Assembly (NCBI GenBank): GCA_001179505.1
Contig: CDMY01000503.1
Location: 1-63,463, forward strand
Reading direction: 5' to 3'
Origin: Vitrella brassicaformis CCMP3155
Taxonomy: Eukaryota > Protista > Chromerida
DNA: 63,463 nucleotides
Part shown: positions 46,874 to 57,986 of the stretch, piece after piece
Position numbering within the stretch: position 1 is the first letter of the stretch
How the letters are laid out: every line of letters starts with the position of its first letter
Translations under genes and position numbers: made by a program
Notes under the pieces: generated by a model
Seen by the model: only the letters and a program-made list of their open reading frames with translations
What the model was told of the DNA's origin: nothing
The model's database searches: none

Positions 46874-48650
46874 ACGAGTGGCCCATGTCATTGAGTGCAC
46901 ACAAACCAGACACAATGAAGAGCACTGACAAGGCCCCTCTTAGCGATCTGCTGATGTTCTCATGTGAACAAAACCGATGCACCTACACATGGCACACGTG
47001 TCTGTCTGTCTGTCTGTCTGCCGACCATTAGCGACGGCAGCAGCAGAAAGTACCCCACACACGCCGTCTTGGGCTGCAAACACGCACACACACACACACA
47101 CACACATTGGTGTGTCCGTCCATGTGGTGTCTCGGTGCTCACTTGGACGGTGAGCAAGCCGATGACCCCCAGTGGATTGCGCATGAGCCAGCAGACACCC
47201 TGGTACACGAGGTTGATGAAGGCCGCCGCGACAAACGACATGACCACTTCAACGTTGATGGCAGACGTGTCGCGCAGCCGGCCCACCAACAACACACCCA
47301 CACCTGCACAAATGCACACACAGCATACACGTTTCCATGTCTATGGCTGTGTCTCTGTGTGTGTCTGACCGGCGAGGAGGGCGAGGACGATGGTAAGTGC
47401 CACGTCGAGCGAGTGAACGGCGTCGAGGAGGTTGATGCCAACGATGAGGACGATGTAGAAGACACTCAGGCTGGCACTCACGCTGAGGAAGACTTGCTCT
47501 TTCAGCACCTCCAAGAGTGTCTCACCTAAAATCACACAGAGACACAAGGAGACATATGGCCAATGTGCGTGTGTGTGTTTCCTCATCTTGTGTGGCCGGC
47601 CACTGACCAAGAAGGCCTGCGAGTAGGAAGTAGATGATGCTTGAGACGGAGACGACGATCAGCACCACCGTGTACGCGAGGATGGCGTACTGCGGTGGAT
47701 GCACCACGGCTGACACGACAAAGAAACACAATTGAACAAACACGACCGATCGTTTCCTCCCGTCCCCTGCTCTCCAACGAGTTACCTTCTTGCGGTTCGA
47801 CGATAGCCTTGGGCAGTCCTGGTCGGGGATATGACGAGAGCTCCGCGGCTTTGCGTTCCTCTGGCAGCTCTTGCATGATGTATTGGACCTTCGGCTGCGG
47901 CTGCAACACACGCTCGCCCTTCACAACCACACGGTTGCCCACCAGCTCGCCCTCCACTCCTTTCTTCTCCTGACATACACATAAACACACAGAGACATGG
48001 CTCGGCTGTGGCTGGCTGTCTGTCTGTCTGTGTGTCGGTTGTCTTGCCTCTCCAGGAGGTGGCGCGAACTCGGCCACGCCCAACTGCTCGTCGCTCGGCA
48101 TGACGAACTCCTCAATGCCAGCTGCATTTGAGTGAGACACCGCACAAGAGACACACACGTGGAATGAATGAGATGGATTGTTTGTTTGTCTCTGACTGAC
48201 ATTTGAATGGTTTCGGGAAGTGTCCGTCTTCAAAGCCGCTCATCAGTGTTTCCATCGCTCGTTCGTATGAGATCGGCGGGCTCGGCTTGAGCATGGCCTT
48301 GTACTCCTCATCTGAAATGCCCATCTCCGCGCGTGTTATGAGGGTCTTGACGGGCGTGCCGGGCGGGGGCGGGGAGCCGATGTAGGCGGCATACGGCTTG
48401 GGGTAGGGGTTGCTCTTGGCGGCCAGCGGCTTGGCGGTGAGCGCCAAGAAAATGAGGAGAAGAGTCATGATCATGAGAGAGACGCTTGACACAGTCAAGC
48501 CGTCAATCTGTCAAAGAGAACGTGAGACGCAGTGAATGAATGATCGAGATTGTGTTCCACACGTACATTGATTGTCCGTTGATCCTACATTTGACCTCGC
48601 GTGTATGTTTGCTTTGCAACACACGCACCCACACGTTGAGTCATGGCCAT
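45870..48650 (-). CDS. Hypothetical multi-pass membrane protein (at least 12 exons); both ends uncertain
   Basis: Hydrophobic exons at ~48400-48500, 47600-47710, 47370-47525, 47140-47305, 47030-47075, 46760-46805 and 46500-46680, separated by GT(GC)-AG microsatellite introns. No family recognised. Confidence 0.6.
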
Positions 48651-48813
48651 GATCATTAAGCAGCCGTATCAATGTCGGTCAACCACACACAGCTGTCGGT
48701 CTGTACACCACTGATTCAATCCACAGCTGTCGCCCCCTCTCTCTAGCATATCTTGCCATCCGCCCTCCCTCTCCGCCTATCTGGTCGAGTCGATAGCTCA
48801 GCCGGCGGCCGAC

Positions 48814-50388
48814 TCACGAAGGGCTGCTGATCTTGCCCGCTGATGGACACAGCGAGCTGATCGGACACTCGCCGCACTTGGGTGACCGCGTCACGCAGAT
48901 GTTCTGGCCCAGGCCGATGAGAAGCAGCGGCAGCGGGATGCGCAAGTCCACCGGCACCCACCTGGAGCGCAGCGGCAACAGTACGCACACACAGTGATGG
49001 GTGCAAAGACAAGGAGATCGTCAGTGTCCGCCCTCTTTACCCTTCGAGCGCTTTGCGCGTCTGCTCGGCGTGTTTGGTGTTGCACCACTTCAGCCGGTTG
49101 GCCACCCGGTGTGCGTGCGTGTCAACGACGATGCCGCTGTCCTGCTGTCCAAACGACACGGACTGCACCAAGTAGGCGATCTGCACAAATAAATCGACAC
49201 ACGACACACAGAGTCTGCACTGGAGGGTGCTCTGCCTTCCTGGTGTGTGTGCTGACGTGACGCACCTTTGGTCCGACCCCCGGTAGCTCTTTGAGCGAGT
49301 TGGCATCGCTGGGCACCTGTGACCGATACCTTTCCTTGATCAGACGACCACACTCCTGCAGTGCAAACACACACCCAACTTGACACACACACTCAACTTG
49401 AAAATATATCAATGCACATGGGATGATGGAAGGACAGCTGACTGACGTCCTCTGCTTGCCTTTATGTGTTTGGCCTTGGTCTTGTAGAAGTTGCACTGAC
49501 GCACACAATCCTCTATGTCATCCAGAGGAGCCTCCTGAACACACACACCACACACGGCCACTCTCGGCCCGTGGACCACCTGTTCATCTAAATTAAAGGA
49601 CTGCCTGTGTAGAAACATACGTACGTATATGAAGTCGACATTGACATCCCCGCCAGGCGATCTGTCTTTGAGCGTCTGCATGGCCCTGAGGGCCACCTCG
49701 TCCCTGCACTGCACCGACAGGATGCACGCCACCAGAGCCGTGAAGTGCGGCGTCGACACGCCATCAGACTGAAGGCCGACGAGAAAAGCGTGGAAGTCAT
49801 CGACCGTCGCTGCATTCTCATATCGATACTCCTGCAACCTTTGCACACACACACACAGACAGGAAGGAGAGATGCTGCCGGTCACGCGCATACACAAATG
49901 CATGTGTTATGCTCTCACTTGCTAACGATTTCCTTCCAGTTGTCAGGCGCCGCCGAGTCGTCAAGTGGCTCGAGGCTGTCCACGTCGATAGAGAAGTTCT
50001 TCTCCCGCAGCCGATCACGCTCCGACAACACTGAGCTCCCTGCACACGCAACACACACGGCACACCGATGCATGCTGTCGTCCATCGATGCGGAATGCCC
50101 TATGCACTGGTGAGATCTACACCTACCCTTGTCGGCAGCCTTCGGCATCTTTGGCGCACTTGCCTCCTCCTCCTCCTCCTCCTCCTCCATCTGGACCGTC
50201 AGCTTCTCCGCCTTTGGCTTCGCTGGTGACCCACTGCCGCCGCTCCTGTCTGTTCTCGCCTTCTTCAACGGCCGCCTGCCCAGAGATCTATCTGACGGCT
50301 GCGGCGGGTCGCCTCCCTTTTGGTACGCAAACTGCGCGAAGAAATCATCCAGCTTCCTGCTCTCTTCACCATTGTCCCCGTCGTCCAT
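48814..50388 (-). CDS. NTH1: Endonuclease III-like DNA glycosylase/AP lyase (HhH-GPD, 4Fe-4S)
   Basis: LVACILSVQCRDEV, NFYKTKAKHIK, HhH LKELPGVGPK|IA with the catalytic Lys, VDTH with the catalytic Asp, and the Fe-S motif C-X6-C-X2-C-X5-C (CVTRSPKCGECPISSLC). Acidic/basic N-terminal extension. Confidence 0.95.
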
Positions 50389-50595
50389 TGTCTGTGTCAA
50401 AACGATGGCAATCCGGCTCACCGCCAGCTTTCGGGTTCCACATTCCGTAAAACCGCTCTCTCTCTCGCAAATCCCTGCCACTCACTTTCCCCCCCAGTGG
50501 ACTGCGTCGTGAGGATCCAGTGTGTTCTGCACTGAACCTGCAGTGGTAAAACGTCTGGCTGTTTCCCTTTCCCTGGCCCCAAGTCGCTGGAGAGG

Positions 50596-52336
50596 ATGGG
50601 TGTGGACGATGAGGTTGACTTTGTGGAGGGCGAGATGGAGGTGGACGAGGCCGCGGCCGAGGGGGGGCAGCAGGAGGAGGAAGAGGAGGAGATACCCGAA
50701 CTCACCGAGGAAGATATCATCGACCGGTCAGTCAGCCAGCCGCGTGCAGGAGACGGGGGAACACACAGACAGACACAGCGGGCGGGTGGAGGGAGAAACG
50801 TATGTGTTCATTGGGTCATTTGTCTCCCCTTTTGTCTGTCTGTCTTTGTCTGCTTGTCAGGCTGAATGTGGAGGATTTGCTTGAGGAGGGCATGGAGGGG
50901 GTGGGGGAGTTCTTTGTCAACTCGTCCAACTTCGTCCGCATGGGCTTGGTGCCTGCGGATGAGCCCGAGAGCGAGCCGCTGGCCTTCAAGTACTTCACCA
51001 AGCAGGAGGCCATGCAGGAGGTCCAAAGAGTGGGATTCAACTCAGACTGGCACGAACACTCGGACGTCCTCAAGGTGGGTCACCGGTATGAGCCACAGGC
51101 GGACAGAAAGAGCAGCCCTTTGGTGTCATCAGAAATGGTCGTTGGAGCACCTGCTGCTGATACGTGACCCCAACCGCATCTACGGGCAAAACTACGCCTG
51201 GCCACACACACCCAAAGCGTTTCAAATGCTCAAACAAGTATCAACCAGAGAGGGGTTGCCGTCAATCTGCGCCACAAAGCCTGGTCTCTCTCCTTCGGTC
51301 AGCGGATAGACGAGTTGAAGCAGAAGGTGGTGGACGACTACTATGCGCAGATGAAGGGCGGCCGGGCTGGGGAGGGGGAGGAAGAGGCAGAGGGCGCCGA
51401 AGCCGTCGATGAAGATGCCCACATCGTGGTCAAGGACGAGCCCATCGCTCCCCAGCCATGGCAATCCGACACGGCAGAGGAGACGGCTCGTGAGGTGGCT
51501 CTGCTGCATCTGCCGGGGGAGGAGGGTGTGGATGGTGGCAAAGTGAGCCGGCGTCGGTATAAGGTGGTCATCAGCAGGAAGAGACAGCACTTCGGTGCTC
51601 AGATGCGGTTCAACGACTCTGCTGAGAACATCCACTCGTGCAGGCCGCAGAAGGACCCCAACTACGCCCTTCATCGGAAGGAGCTCCACCTGGGCATACA
51701 GGCGGTGCCCACCTACTGCCAGCAGAACACACAGACACCCTGGTTCAGACCTGTCAACTCCAGCTCACAATACAACTCCGATGACTTCCTAGTACACTGC
51801 ACATATCATCCATCAGCAATCCAATCCGCTGTCCCGCCCACAAGACCCACAGACACGTATGCCCCCTCTGTTTATTGGTGCGTGCAGAATCAGGATTTAT
51901 ACAGCGAGAAGGAGCTTGAGAGACTCAATGAGTTCCTGTCGAGGGTGGCTTGGGGGTGAGTGAGTGACTAAGGGGCAGACAGGAAGGAAACAAACGGTCG
52001 CGTTGGCGCCTCGTTTGGCCTTGTGTCAGTGTGGAGGAGGCTCTGCAGCAGAATGAGACATTCGACATATACCAAGACGAATTTGCTAACCTAGGTCGGC
52101 AGACACACCGAGCCCATCCGTCGATATGTACATACGTCTCTCTCACTCTTTCCTGTGGTGTGGTGTGCTCAGGTGATGATGATTTGGGTGTTGGTGCTCG
52201 CAGTTCAGCGAGCATTCGCGAGGTGCGCAACTTCCACGATTTGACCTACTCGAAGTCAAAGCTGCTGGCGTCCATCGACTGGCTTCCGGGGTGGGCGGGC
52301 ACGCGGCTTGTGTGGATTGCCGGGAGAGACATGCAT

Positions 52337-52370
<34 letters not shown>

Positions 52371-55031
52371 TGTGTGTGCAGGTCGACGACTATCGTGGCT
52401 GTGTCATGCATCGAGAATATGACGTTTGACGAGCAGGCTGAGCTGTCGGGCAAGGTATATAAGGCCAGGAGCATGCCCCTCTGCTCATGTGTGGATGAAT
52501 GGTGTGTGCCAGGGTAACACGGCTGTGGTGCTAGTATGGTCATTTCACGACTTCATCATCCCCCAAGCCGTCCTCGTCTCACTATCGGTCCGCACACACA
52601 CATACAGACACGAGTGTGTAGCTCCCTGGATGTGTGGGTGTGTGCAAAATGCAGGATGTGAGTGTGATTCGTTTCAACCCCCAGACGCCAAACCTCCTCA
52701 TTGGCGGATGCAACTCGGGACAGGTGCACACCTGCACACGCGACATATGGTGCACAAGTCTGTATGGATGGTATCTCCTTGCGTATGTGTGGGTGTCGTG
52801 TGTGCAGCTGGTGATGTGGCGCATCGACAGTTCGCTCATCGGCGGTGCGGGTGGCCAAAACGTCTCAAGACAAAACACCATTGAGGACGACAGATGTACG
52901 TATGCGTGGATGCGAGCAATGGAGGAGGAAACTCACAGGAAAGGCGGCCTGTCTGTCTGTCTGTCTGTCTGTCCGTTCTCTATTCAGCTGGCGGCATTCC
53001 CCATGTGCATCAGCTGATCGCCTCCTCGATTGACGAATCGCACAAGAAAACCGTCACCGGCATACAGTCAGTCAACACACCACACACAGCAAATCCATTC
53101 ATCCATCCATCCATCCATCTCTCTGCGCCTGGCTGACTGATGGTCCCCTGTTTTGTCTGTGCACACACACAGGTGGGTGCCTGAGGGCATCGAATTTGAG
53201 AAAAGGGGCCGAGTAAGCACACATGACACACACGGCCACCACCGGAGGATGGCGTGGTGCATCCCTGATAATGATGTTGTGTCGTGTAGATGTCTTACAA
53301 GAAGGAGTCTGTCGGCCTCAAGTACGTGATATCCATCGCAGGCGACGGCCAGCTGCTCATCTGGGACCTCAACCAGGCCCTGCAAAATGTCAGCAGTGCA
53401 CAGAGATGACCCTCTCCATTGACACCACACGCACGGCTCTGTGTGTGCCATCACATCAGTACAGCGAGCCGGATTTCGTGTGGAGGCCAATTTTTCATGT
53501 GCAGCTGCAGAGACAAGACTCGGGTACACTACACGCACGTTGCTGGCTGGATGGATGGATGGATTGTCCATCCAATCCACCTATTGGTTGGTTTAGGTAC
53601 CGAGATGGGCTGCTGTGACCTGCTGCTGCCCCACTGCGACCCGGCCGACTTCTCGTGCTACTTCATCAGTGCGACGGTACACACACACACACACGCAGAG
53701 CTCAGGGTGAGAGACATGGTCTGCAGATGCGTCTCGTCCCTGTGTGAATGCATTAATGCGTGTGTAGGAGGAGGGCGAGCTCATATACGGCGACTGGGGG
53801 GCCAAGGGAGAGGAGGACAGAAAACCCGAATACGTCAAAAAACTCCTCAAGGCAACAAAGAGCACACGAGAGATACACACACACACAACTCAAGCGCCAG
53901 ACGGCCTTACCTTGTTCACCTACTGTCGACCATCCATCCATCCATCAGGCGTCCAAGTCGTTTCGCCCTACGGTTGCGCTGGAGCGGTCCCCCTTCTTCC
54001 CCTCTGTGATGCTGACGGTGACCGACTGGGCATTCTACCTCTGGCGGGAGGGGACATCACACCCAATATTCACCTCGCAAAGGCAGGGCCCCACCCACAG
54101 CACTGCACATGAGACGAGACACACACTCGGCGACATATGCGTCTCTCTCTCTCTCTGTGTGTGCAGTTCTCCATCTCATTTTGCGACTGGCGTGTGGAGC
54201 ACCTCCCGGCCCGGCGTGTTGTATTTGGGCCGGATGGACGGCATTTTGGAGATATGGGACTTCTGCGACCAGTCGCACAAGCCCTCACTCACGCACACAG
54301 TCACCTCCGTCGCCATCACGTCACTCGCCTTCCAAAAGACCTCCAAGAAGCCAGACGCACTCGCACAGCTGGTGGCTTCAGTCGGCAGAATCATTGCCTG
54401 CCTGCCTGGACGGACGGATGTGTGTATGTGTGTGTGTGTGGGTGCATTGCAGGCGGTGGGTGACGAGAACGGCAACCTGCACATCCTTGCCCTGCCCAAG
54501 AACCTCACCAAACAGGTCAGTCAGTCAGCCTGCCTGCCTGCCTGCCTTCCAGGGAGACGCACAGACACAAATTATATATGTCATGTTTGCGGGTCGGTGT
54601 GCGTGCAGGCTGGCAACGAGATGCGTACGATGTCGGATTTCTTTGCCCGTGAGGACTCGCGCGTCGAGTACTGCCAGGCCAAACTCACCGACCTCAGACA
54701 GGTCGAAACACACCACACACACCCACACCCACACGAGACACCCCTCCCTCTGTGTGTGTGTGTGTAGATGGCTGAGGAGTTGGAAAAGAAGAAACAGATG
54801 GACGGAGAACTCATGGAAATCACAGAAATCGTAAGCAGCATGCGTGTGTCACGCTGTGCCATGCTGTTCGTGCGCCTGTGTGCATGTCATGTTGTCTGTC
54901 ATGTGTGTCCTCAGCGGGACGATGAGGACAAGTTGCTGGAGAGGGCGGAGGCGGAGTACAGGGCGCTTGAGAAACAATTCAAGGAGGCACTCGGGCTCTC
55001 TGACGAACCGCCCAACGGGGGCACACAGTAG
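50596..55031 (+). CDS. DNAI3: Axonemal inner-arm dynein intermediate chain, WDR63/DNAI3 (IC140) type, WD40; about 20 exons
   Basis: VEEALQQNETFDIYQDEF, IRFNPQTPNLLIGGCNSGQ, SIAGDGQLLIWD, ERSPFFPSVMLTVTDW, WSTSRPGVLYLGRMDGILEIWDFCDQSHKP, VGDENGNLHILALPKNL and a C-terminal coiled coil. The subfamily call is from motif recall. Confidence 0.85.
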
Positions 55032-56089
55032 ACACACACACGCAGGCAGGCAGACAGGCTCACGGCCATGCCATGGACGGGCTGGTTGTTTGAATCAATC
55101 CATCGATGTGATGTCTGTGTGTATGGTTGCATGATCGATTTGACAGACAGACGTGTAGCTGGGCTGGTACATGTCTGTCTGTCTCTGCGTGATTGAGCGC
55201 TTGACGTGACGACTAATCAGTTACCTTCCCCGCCCACTCATTGGTGTCCCCAGCTTTTTGTGTGTGTGTCAAACCATGCACATGATGCAAAGATGACCAA
55301 TCAAAGCGTTCCCAGCCGCCGTCCGCTATGCATTCCAGTCAGTCAGTCGGCCAGTGGGCCAGTCAGTCAGTCCAACCCCTCCACCCCACCCCACACACAC
55401 AGATGGGCAAATGGCAGCTATACCACTCCACTCCACTCCACACACGCCACAGATGAAGGAAGGAAGCCAGCCGGACACGAAAAAGAGTCAGTAGGGGAAG
55501 AAAGAGACTAGAGTGAGTGAGTAGAGTAGAGCAAGTGAAAGACCCCTCCCACTCTCTCATGAGACCAAAAACACCGCTCTCGACAGACAGCCAGCCAGCC
55601 AGCCAGCCTCTAGCTAGAGCAAGTAGACACCCCAACGAACGAACACCCACCCACGATCCATCCAGCCATGCAGCAAGTCGTAGCACTTGAAAAATCAATT
55701 GCCCGACCGGCCCGGCCCGCACGTTGGTCATCTTGTCCTTCCCTCACTTGGACCTCACTTGGAGAGGCCCAGTCTGAAGAGGCCCGCCCAGTCGGGTCCA
55801 AGCGAGGCACACAGACCCACCAACGTGCAGGCGGTAGTGTGAATGAATGGCTATGAATCAGTCAGTGTATATAATGCCCCAAACCGCCGCGGAAGAACAG
55901 CCAACAAACACTTGACAGCCACGCGTCGCACCACACGCCACCACACACACATGGCAAGACGAAACAAGACACGGGCAGCAATTCGTAGGTAGGTGTGTGT
56001 AGTAGATAGGAAGTGTGACTGACGCGGTGGTTTGGCGTCTGTCTGTGTTTCTCTGTATTGTATGTGGCGGGCCGGGTGTGGTGTTAGAT

Positions 56090-57108
56090 TCACTTCTTGG
56101 GCGATGCGGCTTTCCTCCGCTCGATGTACGGCTCCAACTTCGTCTGCAGATCCTCTGCACACACAACACAATCACACACGCGCCGCAGAGACATTCATGA
56201 CACGTTGAGGGGACCAGTCCATTCCATCCACTGCTGTGTGTGCGCTGAGCGTACGTACCATCTTCGATTTCGATGGCTTCCTGTCTGACTTCCTCCAACT
56301 CGGCCAAGCTCATGTCCTCATACGTGAACTTGCCAGTGGCCCTGTCGNNNNNNNNNNNNNNNNNNNNNNNNNNNNNNNNNNNNNNNNNNNNNNNNNNNNN
56401 NNNNNNNNNNNNNNNNNNNNNNNNNNNNNNNNNNNNNNNNNNNNNNNNNNNNNNNNNNNNNNNNNNNNNNNNNNNNNNNNNNNNNNNNNNNNNNNNNNNN
56501 NNNNNNNNNNNNNNNNNNNNNNNNNNNNNNNNNNNNNNNNNNNNNNNNNNNNNNNNNNNNNNNNNNNNNNNNNNNNNNNNNNNNNNNNNNNNNNNNNNNN
56601 NNNNNNNNNNNNNNNNNNNNNNNNNNNNNNNNNNNNNNNNNNNNNNNCCCCCCCCACACATCCATCAAGCTGTCTACCTGCGTCCAATAATGCGTTGGTG
56701 TCGTTCGAGTGCGCGATCGCTCTCCCAGAAGGAGTCGCGTTTGTCGTCGCCCGTCTTGCTGCCCGTGGCCCCGATGATGGACACAGGCGTGGCACCCGCC
56801 ACGTCAGCAGTCGTCACATCGGCGTCCTCGGCCTTGTGCGAGTGAGACACCGTCACCCCACCACCTGGCTTCAAATCACCGATCTCTGTCATAGCGCATG
56901 CACACACAGACAGACAGGAGAGGGAATATGCGACAGGGGTGCGTGTTCATCGTGTTGGTGATGCGTGTGTGTGTGTGTGTGTACCCTCTGGCCGCATAGA
57001 GCTGAGTGTGACGCTGCTTCGGCGGCCACCGCTGTCACGGCGCCCGCTGGCGGCACTGCTGTCAGTGGCACCACTCTCACGACGATCTGCACACACCACA
57101 CCGCACAA

Positions 57109-57140
<32 letters not shown>

Positions 57141-57953
57141 AGATACAGACTGCTGTGTCCCAACCTGTTTCTCTCCCCCCCCCGGACCATCTTCGGTATC
57201 CTTCTTGGAGTCCTCAACGCGTTCCAGCGACTGTGTGTCGCGTATGGACTCGACGTAGTCGTCCTGGAGTGTGTCGAGCTCCTCCTTGGACAGACGAATG
57301 AACCCAGTGGGGTGACGGTTCTTGATCAGCGACCCGCGCCGCTGCCGGCGATTCGGGTCGTCAAAAGTGGGATCCTCCAAACGGTCCTGCACACACACAC
57401 ACACCAGCATTGCATTCACAGGGGAGGGCAAGCCAAGGGGCATAGCGTAGCTTGTGCCTCTCACGACAGAGACAGACGGACATACATACGTGTATTTCTT
57501 CTGCCCCGGCGAATTCGACGCTGCTGCCGTGTCTGACGTAGAAGCGCTGACCGTGCGGCCCCACCAGGCGGCCGGGGCTGCCGGGCGAACCGTCAGGCTC
57601 CAGCCGCTGACGAACACTGACAATGAAACACACACACACACACACACATCACAGGGATGCTTGGGCTCCTCCATCCATCCATCCATCCCTCCTTGTGTCT
57701 ATCCATCGGTGGCTGGCTGACCCAGTGGTAGGTTGCGCAGAGCCAGTGGTGGGTGACTTGGCCGATGACCGTCCGGTAGAGTCGTCCATCTCGCTCTCGT
57801 CCTCGTCAGCACCTCGGTTCTTGGCCGTGTTGTGCTCCGTCACCATGTCCGACGAGACGGCCAAGTGGATGAAGCCAGTGGGGGTGCGCTTCACACCTGA
57901 GGCAGTCAGTGGACCACATAGACACACATAGCGAATGTGGCGTGACCTCCCTA

Positions 57954-57986
<33 letters not shown>

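Noticed and set aside
41533-55031. Stathmin-like gene and dynein IC as a functional microtubule gene cluster
   Set aside because: They are separated by unrelated genes (a membrane protein and NTH1); proximity alone is not evidence.
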